A stretch of DNA of 64,000 nt from Squalus acanthias (taxonomy: Eukaryota), in NCBI GenBank assembly GCA_030390025.1, contig CM059432.1, positions 54,996,001-55,060,000 of the forward strand, written 5' to 3'. A program made the position numbers and the translations under genes. Below the pieces are notes generated by a model. The model saw nothing but the letters and a program-made list of their open reading frames with translations. It ran no database searches and was not told the DNA's origin. Below are positions 26,477 through 37,061 of this stretch, piece after piece; within the stretch, counting starts at the first letter, position 1, and every line of letters begins with the position of its first letter.

Positions 26477-28492
26477 TCAGATCATTCCAGAGTGCATGAA
26501 TTTTTCCTGTTCCTTAACTAAAGCTTTTGCCTTTCTCTTCCTCTGTACTCTTTTACATCCCGCACATGCCATTATGAGCAACATTATTACCAATATAAGT
26601 TGCACGATTACCAATACATGTGAGATTATACGAATCCATGGATGTATATCAACATTCAGTCCCCAATCCCCTACACGTTCCCACCATTGAGTGTCTTTCA
26701 GGGTTTCTTCGATGTCCTTTGAATGCTGTATGGAATCTTCCAAGATCTCATGATAATGTCGTATGCTCTTCTCAGTGTCCTTTTTCAATTGAGTCAGGTG
26801 CTCTTCGAGACGTGGAATGTCTTGCCAACTCGATGTCACATATTGTTCCATTTCATCATCCCATCTCTGGTTGCTGAAGGTGAAGTTCTCGACGTGTTCC
26901 TCTTTTCGTGGGAATAGGTGATGATGACCTAGCTTGGCCACAGGTTTAGGCATAAAACAAAAGTCAGGTCGTGGGATTGCACATTCAGTACCACCATGAT
27001 CGTACTTATTTTCATTGGTTGATATACAGTATGTCCCATTACCCCGGGCTGCCACCTTGGTTCCTCTATGACTGAGGGGACTAATTTCCAACGTGCAATT
27101 AACCGTCTCAGTGAACCCGCACGTCGTGCATTGCCCTCCCTCCATGGGGTGTGCACATACTACCACATCTAAATATTGAGTGCAACCTTCGATTTGCACC
27201 CCCTGGAATGTGTCACTTTGTTTTACCGCATAAGGGGCGTATCGTGGAATTTTACCCGGATTGACCTTGTATTTCGCCTATATTCTGTACTGCCCACAAA
27301 GGTTCGGCCTCCGAGACCTCTATTTGTGGAATAGCTAAAATCATACCTATCAGTTTCAGTTTTTAGTAATGCAATTACTTGGAGATAGGAACACTTGTGT
27401 TGTCTTCCGCACATCGCAGAGGGCAATACCGTCGCGTGTCCATTTGGACAACTGATCATTACTTATCCAATCGGGTATCTTACCCTGTTTCATCTGGTTT
27501 ACATTATGTTGGATATTCCCTAGTAACCATGTGCCGTACATTGCACATACGAGTTCTTTATGTGTTACTTGGGTTAGATCATTCAGTCGTGCACTTATTT
27601 TATTAATGGTTTAGGCATGAGGCTCTAGGATCTCCTCGACCTGTAGCATCTGTCTAGCGATTTCTTCCCCTGTTCCTGATTACCGGGAAGTCAGATCGTT
27701 ACCCTTCTTCAGCAGGGTCCTTAAGCGTTGAGCTATGTCTTGGACTTCTTGGTCTATACTGCTTATGTCAAAGGTGTTAACAGTTGCCACCCCCACCGCA
27801 TACCCTGCTCCTGCCATTTCTAGTATCCCCCTCTTTTTCCTATTTAATTGCCCTTGTGGTCCTATTAATTGTTTCTTTAATAAATTCTCCCATAATCCCG
27901 TCGTGTGTTTATCACATTGCTCGGGTAAGGCTATCCCGCTGATATTAAGGGCAATTTTAATCGTTCGGTGGGACATTCCAAAATATCCCACCTTTCTGGT
28001 TTGTTTCACAGCCAGACCTCCTCGGGCTCCCTCCCATATTTCGGGACATGGCAGAGGGGGCGGCGGGGTTGGCTTCTGTCCCTTTCTTATTTAATACCTT
28101 CCATTTGATTTACTACATGTAACGGTGTCCTCGTCCGCGCCCCGGCGTTGTCGTGGGGGCGCTGTGTCTAGGCATTCAATGGACACTGCATCTATTCGTC
28201 GTGTCCTACTTATGATGCCTCTATTTCCGTGCCAAGTAACATATCCCGTGGAATTCCATTTTAGTAACACAGTAAATCCCACACTCCCCGTTCCCTCCGG
28301 CAAATGGTGGAAGACCTCCGTCCCATCTGTAAGCTTGCCGCCGTCTGCGTAGCTCACTTGGAGTTCAGTTCCGGTTTTTACGTAACGGTGTCCTTTATGG
28401 TCATACTCCTCAATGTTTGGTGCGTAATATAGGGACTTGTTTCCGCTTGTGACAGCGAGGGTTGTAAGAATAATCTATCGGATATTTGCCAT
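26477..28492 (-). pseudogene. env: env-like class I fusion glycoprotein resembling paramyxo/pneumovirus F (~670 codons; several stops, compensating frameshifts)
   Basis: ORF pieces starting at 28357, 28009, 27541 and 27199 share the frame of ATG 28492. Signal-like MANIR*IILTTLAVTSG; furin sites RQRR (28142-28153) and RKKR (27830-27841); fusion peptide GILEMAGAGYAVGVATVN; heptad repeat; GKIPDWISNDQL; Cys-rich region; second helix; TM IISHVLVIVQLILVIMLLIMAC; basic tail. Confidence 0.85.
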
Positions 28493-28512
28493 GTTGATCG
28501 TTGACCTGTGGA

Positions 28513-29413
28513 TTAAAGCATACTCTGGTCGTCACCAGGGGTTATTATTTCTTCTTGTACTATCTCTTCCCTTTCCAACTGGTCCCGCTGAGATCGGTCA
28601 ATGATCCAGCGAACCCACATCCACCAGAAGAGGAGTAGGGTACATCCTACTCCTGCGACTATGGCTATTTGGACGCTGGCCTTTCCCCATACATCAGCCC
28701 AAGTCCTGTTGTCCTCCAATACTATCTCTGCCATTGCTCCATAGGTGTCTCTGAAACAACATAGTTAAGACATACCAGACATATTGAATAGCCTCCCTTG
28801 CATCTAATACAACATCATGTAACATTGACAACTCACTCGGAACCAACACCAATCCGTTAATTGGAGCAGGGAATGGGATGGGGCACTTTGCACTCCCCTC
28901 ATTGGGTGGCATTGGTTTCTCTTTTGCCTTTAATTGAATGGCTTCTTTGGACTGATCAGGAACGATTTTTAATTTGAGGACCATCATGGGAGAAATTTCT
29001 GCTTACACACATATACTCCTGTGTGATTACTTGACCAGAAATTTGTCCAACAGCAACCTGTCCCATCAATTAGCGGGGTAGCTACGATTCCTCTTGCCTT
29101 CCTCAATTCAGGTTATTTGTGGTCTCACCCAGTGCAAACCGGAGTTCTAGGATCGTCCCGTCTTATTTGAGCATTTTAAACAAATCCTTTGCCCCTCATA
29201 CACCCTCTGCTCCGTTACCTTCACCATCCAATTATGACATGTTATAGTTTGATTTTTAATTGTTACATTCATCTCATTTACAACAGAAAACCCTGTATCC
29301 AGTGAGGTTATGGTTCCATTGGTGCTGTTTCCGAGCTGCTGTGATTCCTGATTTAGTTCAATCCCATCCACTACGAGCATCAAAGCGCTCAATGCGTACA
29401 GGAGTTTCCCCAT
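28513..29413 (-). pseudogene. Accessory type I membrane glycoprotein with a putative Ig-like domain (~300 codons, frameshifted)
   Basis: Signal peptide MGKLLYALSALMLVVDG; NST/NGT/NVT/NQT sequons; VYEGQRICLKC ... NHTGVYVC ... VLKLKIV across frames; Pro-rich stalk; TM IAIVAGVGCTLLLFWWMWV; acidic tail; stop 20 nt before the env ATG. Confidence 0.65.
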
Positions 29414-29899
29414 CCTGGAGCTGGTAATCTTGCACCATCAACACTCATCTGGCCCCCTGCTTAAAAGAAAAACAGACAATCCATTGCAGCTTTCCTAAGA
29501 GCCAAATGGGTTAATTCGTCAATCCACTCAAATTTAAAACTTAGAAATTTAACAATGCCCAAAATGTTTACAAAACCCACATCTGCTTGTGGAGTTAAAA
29601 ACAGAGTTCACAGCTGCTTGTGAAAAGAGTTAACTTTCTTTTGCATTTCAAAAGAAGACAAACACAGACATCAATCACTGTCAGGTTTGGTCATACAACT
29701 TCACAGCTTTCAAGTAAATCTTTACTTTTGCAAAGCCTTGTACCTTTAAAATGAGATATCCTAAACATTCTGTGAAGCAACTCCACACAATAGCATTTCC
29801 TTTTTTCTTTTTTTTCCTTTTTGGTCCCCCATACTTGCAATTAGTCAAAAATTTCCAAAAATTGTTGATGTGTTTTTGACACATATCCGGAACTAGTAG

Positions 29900-32800
29900 G
29901 ATAGCAAAATACTGCGGATGCTGGAAAATTGAAACAACAACAGAAAACGCTGGAAAAACTCAGCAGGCCAGGCAACATCAGTGGAGAGAGAAACAGAGTT
30001 AATGTTTCAGGTCAAAACCCTTCGTCAGAACTGAGAAAAAAGCAGGAAATGAAACAGATAAAAAAGGAAGGGGGAGGCTGGGGGGAGGAATAAAAGAACA
30101 AAAGGGGTGGTCTATGGTAAGTAGAGACATTAAGAGATGCTCAAGGCAAGACGGGATGGTAATGGGACAGGTTGAGAAACAAAAGGTGGCTCAGAAGTGT
30201 GAAGTGTGAAATGCTGGCAGAATGAGAGACAGCTGCCTTGGGGGAGAGAGAGAAAAAAAGGGAAAAGGCACAAACCAAAAGGGTGGATAAAATGTATATA
30301 TATACATATATGTGGTAGGGGCCGAGGTTATGATCTGAAACTGTTGAACTCGATATTGAGTCCGGAAGGCTGTAAAATGCCTAATCGGAAGATGAGATGT
30401 TGTTCCTCGAGCTTACGCTGAGCTTCCGTGGAACAATGCACGAGGCCGAGGACGGTGAGGTCTCAATGGGCGTGGAGAGGTGAATTAAAATGACAAGCGA
30501 CCGGAAGCTCGGGGTCACCCTTACGGACTGAACGGAGGTGTTCCGCAAAGCCGTCACCCAATCTGCGTTTGGTCTCCCCAATGTAGAGGAGACCACATCA
30601 TGAGCAGCGAATACAGTATACTAGATTGCAAGAAGTACAAGTAAATTGCTGTTTCACCTGGAAGGGGTGTTTGGGGCCCTGGAGAGTGGGAAGGGGGGAT
30701 GTATAAGGGCATGTGTTGCATCTCCTGCGCTTGCACGGGAAGGTGCCGGGCGAGGGGGAAGGGGTGCTGGGGGTGATAGAGGAGTGGACTAGGGTGTCTC
30801 GGAGGGAGCGGTCCCTACGGAATGCAGAAAGGGGAGGTGAGGGGAAGATACATTTGGTGGTGGGATCACGTTGGAGGTGGCGGAAATGGCGGAGGATGAT
30901 CCGTTGAATGTGGAGGCTGGTGGGATGAAAGGTGAGGACAAGGGTAACTCTATCGTCGTTCCGGGAGGGAGGGGCCGGGGTGAGGGCAGAAGTGCGGGAG
31001 ATAGAACAGACACGGTCGAGGGCCGTGTCGACCACGGTAGAGGGGAATCCTCGGTTGAGGAAAAAGGAAGACATGTCGGAAGCACTGGTATGGAAGGTGG
31101 CATCGTCGGAGCAGATGCGGCGGAGATGGAGAAACTGGGAGAAGGGAATAGAGTCCTTACAGGAGGCGGGGTGGGAGGAAGTGTAGTCCAGGTAGCTGTG
31201 GGAGTCAGTGGGCTTGTAGTGAATGTTGGTCAATAACCTATCCCCAGAGATGGAGATGGAGAAGTCGAGGAAGGGAAGGGAAGAGTCAAAGATGGACCAT
31301 GTGAAGGTGAGGGAAGGGTGGAAATTGGAGGCAAAGTGAATGAAATTGTCTAGTTCAGGGCGAGAGCAGGAAACGGCACCGATACAGTCGTCAATGTACC
31401 GGAAAAAGAGGTGAGGGAGGGGACCCGAGTAGGACTGGAACAAAGAGTGTTCCACATATCCCACGAAAAGGCAGGCATAGCTAGGACCCATGCGGGTACC
31501 CATAGCAACACCTTTGATTTGGAGGAAGTGAGTGGAGTCAAAGGAGAAGTTGTTCAATGTGAGAACAAGTTCAGCCAGGCGGAGGAGGGTGGCGGTGGAT
31601 GGGGACTGGTTGGGCCTCTGTTCAAGGAAGAAGCGGAGCGCCCTCAGGCCATCCTGGTGGGGGATGGAAGTGTAGAGGGATTGTACGTCCATGGTGAAAA
31701 GGAGGCGGTTGGGGCCAGGAAACTGGAAACTGTTAAAGTGGCGGAGGGCGTCAGAGGAATTGCGGATGTAGGTGGGAAGAGACTGGACAAGGGGAGAAAA
31801 AATAGAGTCGAGATAGGAAGAGATAAGTTCCGTGGGGCAAGAACAGGCTGAAACGATGGGTCTACCAGGGCAGTCCTGTTTGTGGATCTTGGGAAGGAGG
31901 TAGAAGCGGGCTGTGCGGGGTTGGGGAACTATGAGGTTGGCGGCCGTGGGGGGAAGATCTCCAGAGGAGATGAGGTCAGTGACAGTCTTGGAAACGGTGG
32001 CTTGATGTTCGGTAGTGGGGTCATGGTCCAGGTGGAGGTAGGAGGAGGTGTCGGAGAGTTGGCGTTCAACGTCCGCTAGGTAGAGGTCGATTCGCCAAAC
32101 AACAACAGCGCCACCCTTGTCAGCAGGTTTAATGACAATGTCGGGGTTGGATTGGAGAGAATGGAGTGCTGCAAGTTCAGAGGGAGGTAGGTTGGAGTGA
32201 GTGAGGGGAGCAGAGAAATTGAGATGGCCGATGTCATGGTGGCAGTTAGCAATGAAAAGATCTAGAGAGGGTAAAAGGCCAGAGGGAGGGGTCCAGGTGG
32301 AACGAGAATTCTGAAAGCGGGAGAAAGGGTCAGCCGTGCGGGGGAAGACTCCTGGCCAAAGAAGTGGGCACGGAGACGAAGGCGGCGGAAAAAGAGCTCA
32401 GCATCGTGCCGAGCTCGAAATTCGTTGAGGTGGGGGCGTAAGGGGATGAAGCTCAGGCCTTTGCTGAGGACTGATCATTCAGGGTCAGAGAGGGGAAGGT
32501 CAGAGGGGATAGTGAAAACGCGGCAAGGGGTGAGATTGGGAGAAGGGGGGTCAGAGGAAAGTGAAGGGGAAGAAGGTTCCGGAGGGGCGTTAGTGTCCAA
32601 GAGTTGTTGAAGCTTGCGATCCTTGACATCGGAAAGGAAGAAGAAAAGTTTTTGTTGAAGCGTCGGATGAGTCTAAGGATGAAATGGAACTGTGGACCCG
32701 GACAGCTTTGAGATAGAGTGCGTCGGTGCTGCTGAAGAGAGAGGTCGAGAGTGTTCATGTGGCGCCGCATGGCGTTGAGCGTGGATCTCAAGATGCGGCG

Positions 32801-32928
32801 AGAGCAGTAGTTCGAGGAACGATGAATATCTTGGAGATATTTGTAATCCTGGGTGGATCCGAAACACGAAGGGTGGAAGTTTAGTTGGAATCCACGTGGG
32901 ATAAGTCGGAACCGGAGACAGTTGCTGA
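29900..32928 (-). mobile_element. Penelope-like element (RT + GIY-YIG endonuclease), 5'-truncated, inserted in the ERV
   Basis: ORF 30598-31692 with DVQSLYTSIP, GVAMGTRMGP, FRYIDD. GIY-YIG LVYCIRCS..LLYIGET follows. Direct repeat GGAACTAGTAG at 29889-29899 and 32929-32939. Confidence 0.93.
29997..30032 (-). ncRNA. Minimal hammerhead ribozyme motif (degenerate) in the Penelope terminal repeat
   Basis: AGTT-CTGACGA-AGG(GTTTTGA)CCT-GAAAC-ATT-AACT; the stem III palindrome is mutated (ACGT to ACAT). Confidence 0.65.
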
Positions 32929-33447
32929 GGAACTAGTAGCTTCCACACAAATTTACACCAACCAGAATTTCACCGTGGCCACAATAAAAGTCTGATTTTA
33001 ATAGGTTAATTAACCTCATAACTCCAATTCAATCCAGATCACTTTCTTAAACTAACCAATATCACTTGAAAAAGAAAGGAAGAAGCCACAGCCACATTAA
33101 CAAAGAAACAATGATCCATGCCTTATAAACATTCAAATTCATTTTCCTCCAGGCACATTGGCAATTGTAACTTCAAGGCTGAAGCTTATCTTTTGTAAAA
33201 CAATTAGCAAACTTAAAACAGCACACGCTTGTCCATCGTTCAAGACATGTCTTCAAAGGGTTAAACAGCTTTTAGCTCTTTGTACAGAAAAGTGGGTGGA
33301 GCTGAAACAAACACACCAGACACTTTCTTTCAAAGACAGAAAACTACCACACTTTTAACACACACTTTCACACAAACTGAGATTTCAACATTCTTTTCTG
33401 ATCCTTTCACTCAGCAAACCTTGTGTTTTACTTGTTTTGGACAGAAA

Positions 33448-33804
33448 CTAATAGCTTCGTGTCGGTAAAACTTTAATTTTTCCCTTATTCCTTTTCTTAA
33501 ATTGCCTCCACAACTTATTCTCCCAGTCATATCTCACTTGCGGTTGCAGCATGCAGTTCCATCCGTCCCCTTTATTTCCCTTTGGGATTACCCGCACCTC
33601 TCCTGATTTATCCTCTCCTGCTGCGCCCCACAAACAATCATTATGCCAGTCCACTATCGCATTGTGGGCCAGCCTCCAATCAGAGCCTAGCACCCCATGC
33701 CCTTCCTTATCCCAATTCATAAGAACATATTCCCACTTTGATTCTAGTCCCCCTACCTTAACTTTTAAAGGTCTTGATACCACCCCTGCCTTTTGGTTGC
33801 CCAT
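33448..33804 (-). pseudogene. pro: C-terminal half of a retroviral aspartic protease
   Basis: GHGVLGSDW matches the ILGRD-type motif of retropepsins; the catalytic D[TS]G half is absent; fused to gag sequence at ~33800. Confidence 0.65.
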
Positions 33805-34826
33805 CGTACTAGGTCATCATATGTTTGCATTGTGACCAGACCGGTTTTTAATATGGCTTGGTGAGCGCTACTTAGTCCCTCTTTATACATCTTTTGAAAG
33901 GCTAGGTTGTTCTTGTCGGGTTGTACCATGCCTGAACGGGCCAGAAAACTGGTCCATTTTCGTTCTCCATAGTCGAGTGCGGACTCCTTTATTTTGAGTG
34001 AACCCCATTATTATTCCCTAGTTTATGGGTACTACTCCCATAACTCGTGTAACCTTGCCTCTGAACAGGTCGTAACTTGCCTCTTGTTGGGCAACTGTGG
34101 GTGCCACTTCATCGCACCATATTCCGTCCCTGAAATTTTGGGACCATTTGTCCCCACATAGCCTCGCTCATTTTTGCTCTGACTAATCCTGCAACATCAC
34201 GATTGTGAAAGTTGTGGCATATTCGCATTTCCTTCATTTTTTGCCAAAATGCCCCATTACTCTGTCTGGGTTTTAAATCAGGTAGTATTTGCAGTAATTT
34301 TAATTTATCACTCGGTGAGAATGACACATAAGTTGTTTTAATCTGTTGAGCGCCTGCAAGGGTGCCTCCGACATCCGCAGCTCCAGGTATGAACTCTACC
34401 TTAATGGGGGCTGCTGGCATTTGTTTCCCATAAGGGGGTGGTCCGTCCCACCCATGGTCTCTGTCGTAATCAGCTGCCTTTCTACCTAAGTCTCCCCAAT
34501 TTACATCGTCGTCGTCCTGTCCCTTTTTCTTATTTGATACCGGAGGGGCAGTAGCCATTACCGGCATCCGTGTTCACTTTGCACACCCGTCCTTAGTCCA
34601 ACGTCGAGTACGTCTACTCAATTCATAATACGCGCGAGTAACTAAAACGAGGGCTTTTTCCTCTTTTTGTCTCTTTTCCGACTCCCACCATTTCCTTTGA
34701 TCGGCGGGTGGGTCGTCGGGTTTCCAATTTGACTTAATCATGTTTTCAATTAGTTTCTGATTCTTGTCTGCTAGGTACCGCGTCAAGGACCCCTCCGGTC
34801 CCTACTTGAGTTTTTCCACTTCCCAT
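33795..34826 (-). pseudogene. gag: gag (MA, late domain, CA; NC missing), frameshifted
   Basis: Located after the PBS; possible myristoylation start GCC-ATG-GGA (MGSGKT); ATAPP and GPPPY motifs; CA-like YVSFSPSDKLKLLQILPDL...FWQKM and TYDDLVRWAT. Confidence 0.72.
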
Positions 34827-35122
34827 GGCTATTCGTTGTCAACGGTACGTCTCTTACTTACTCCCACAGAGTGAGACCGTTAATTGCAACTTATACCAAT
34901 TATTAATCGCAACGTTACACAGACACTTCGACATAACCGATCGTAATCGTTTCACTTGGGAACTACTGCAGACTAGTTGAAGTTTCGGCCAGACTTGCAG
35001 ATTCGGATACCTGGGGTGGCTGACACAGGACGACTTCCACTCTGTCCTTACTAAGTGTGGTAATTTCAAACGTACTCACACGGTGGCTTGGTTTTGTCCG
35101 CCTGTGTCCTCCGTCCGTAGGT

Positions 35123-35140
35123 ATCCTGCCGACTATGCCA
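35123..35140 (-). promoter_or_regulatory. Primer binding site, tRNA-Ser
   Basis: TGGCATAGTCGGCAGGAT, 2 nt from the LTR end; 17/18 match to the complement of the vertebrate tRNA-Ser 3' end as I recall it (TGGCGTAGTCGGCAGGAT). Confidence 0.85.
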
Positions 35141-35142
35141 AC

Positions 35143-35605
35143 TGAAGTGGAGTATTTGAAATAAACACACGACACCAGGTCCCTGCATTTCTCTTGTAAT
35201 TGACGCGCGGTGAAGATCATGTCCATTGTGCCCCTTAGTGGGCGGAATCCGCATTGCGACTCTGGGAGGAGCTCTTCAGCCACTGGGAGAAGGCGACTGA
35301 GGAGGATTCTTGCGATGACTTTCCCTGTGGCAGACAGCAGGGAAACTCCTCTGTAATTACCGCAATCGGACTTGTCACCTTTCTTGAAGATGGTCACAAT
35401 TACGGCGTCTCTGAGATCCCCTGGCATGCTCTCCTCCTTCCAGATAAGAGAAATTAGTTCATGAATTCGCACCAGTAGTGCTTCTCTGCCATGCTTTAGT
35501 GCCTCGGCAGGGATTCCATCTGCTCCTGAGGCCTTGTTGTTCTTCAGTTGTCGGATGGCCTTTTCAACCTCATGCCGGGCTGGGGTTGTGCTGAGGTGGT
35601 GGCGG
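35143..35605 (-). repeat. Duplicated segment: 39-bp LTR end (35143-35181) plus a copy of the 3' RTE flank (35181-35605, equivalent to 25149-25560)
   Basis: Direct comparison shows about 11 substitutions and a 13-bp indel between the two flank copies. Confidence 0.92.
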
Positions 35606-37061
35606 TGAAGTGGAGTATTTGAAAAAACACTCGACACCAGGTCTGCGTTCGAAGATTCAAGCAGTCTTTATTCGCACCGCTGGGGAGACAACCTGCTATC
35701 TGTCTAGCCAGGCTTCTCTCCAATGATACAAAGTTTTAAACAGTCTTCTATACAAAATTTTGGTACATAATTAGCCTCATGCACGATCCATCTTAACAAT
35801 TTGATTGGGTTTTGCCCCGCGTGCACATTTACTGATTGGTTGCCTATGCCGCGTTACATTAAGGTACTGCCTTTATTACCGGAAAAGTATATGTCCGTTA
35901 TCACCGCAAGCTGTTGTTGCACCTATGACCATTGTTTATGCCAGATGGGGTCTCACCAACATTGCTGTAGGATAGGGTGTATATGTATGATTTAGTAAAA
36001 CATTTTTGTATAACTATAATATGTGAAATTGTATGTTAAAAGCCCAAAAGCCTGTATAAAATGGCGAATGGCTGAGAGAAAAGCAGGATGGGAAATTATG
36101 CCAACCTGACTGAAACTCGCTCTGTTTTCAATTACTGAAGTAATGGAATGTAATGCTAAGTTTATGGGGACTATCAGGAACGTGGTATTCAGTAATGTGA
36201 TAGAAAAGAGATAAGAGTTGGATAGAGAGAGATAAGAGAAGCACCTCTCAGTGATACTACTATAAAATGGACAGATTGTTTAGACAACATCTTGGGAAAT
36301 GGTTTTTGGAAAGAGAACATCTAAAGAAAAAGGACCCTTTGATATGCACAAAGCGAGTCCGAGTGGGATCAACAAGGTCATAAAACATGTACTAGGTGTC
36401 GGATAGCTGTTTGCAGTCACGTAGGCAAAGGGAAAAAAGTGTATAAAGATACGGATATTGAACACTGAAGGCAGCGCGAACCCAGAATCAGAGTTGAAGG
36501 AACTTCAGTCAAGCGAAAGCAGCAAGAGGATAAAGAGACCGCGCCACAGTCGCTCGGAAGGAACGCCGAGGCTTAAACGAGCAAGACTGTGACTATCTCC
36601 TTGTTAAGTATTACTTCTTTGTACTCGATGTTTAATGCTTAATAAACCTGTTTTACTTGTACACAATATACCTGTACCCAGAGTGGTTTGTGTAGTCACG
36701 GACAAATTATTATAAGAACTTTTGGAAGCTACATTGCACTTCTGACTCATTGTCCTGCTTTCCTGCCTCTCTAGGCCATTTTACTTCCAACTCATTGTTC
36801 TACTTTCCTGCCAGAACATAACTTACATCCTCTAGGCCTCTTATCATTCAACGTCCGACTATTTGCAATTGTCTCCAAAGTGACACAGCTTGCAGTCGTT
36901 AATCATTCTAACACTACTGCAAAATTAATATGTTATTCTTAGGTTATCTCAACTGCCAGTTCAGCAACTTAGAAAAAGCTTACTACTGTAAAGCCCTATT
37001 AGCTCATTCGATTCCCATTCTTAACCCTTTAATTATAGTAGAGTTCGAAAGCCCCACTTCA
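35606..37061 (-). repeat. ERV 5' LTR, interrupted by a foreign solo LTR
   Basis: 35606-35965 plus 36738-37061 is colinear with 25561-26243, with a few percent divergence. Confidence 0.93.
35966..36733 (+). mobile_element. Solo LTR (768 bp) of a different family
   Basis: TGTAG...CTACA termini; TSD TTGC (35962-35965, 36734-36737); TATAAAA at 36261; AATAAA at 36641. Confidence 0.88.

Larger units (their letters stand above)
25561..37061 (-). mobile_element. Endogenous retrovirus provirus, pol-less, with an F-like env (lokiretrovirus-like) and an extra glycoprotein gene
   Basis: Paired LTRs with TGAAGTGG...CCACTTCA termini, 4-bp TSD GCGG/GCAG, PBS, PPT, gag, partial protease, two membrane-protein ORFs. 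Confidence 0.9.

Noticed and set aside
26477..27199. 240-aa env ORF as a domesticated syncytin-like gene
   Set aside because: It is only the C-terminal third; upstream parts carry several stops and frameshifts and it begins at a non-ATG codon.
30598..31692. RT ORF as the pol gene of the ERV
   Set aside because: Its motifs and the adjacent GIY-YIG domain are Penelope-type, and it is bounded by its own direct repeat.
34963..35637. 224-aa ORF as a novel LTR-RT fusion gene
   Set aside because: It is a chance read-through of LTR end, duplicated RTE fragment and leader; no initiating ATG context is evident.
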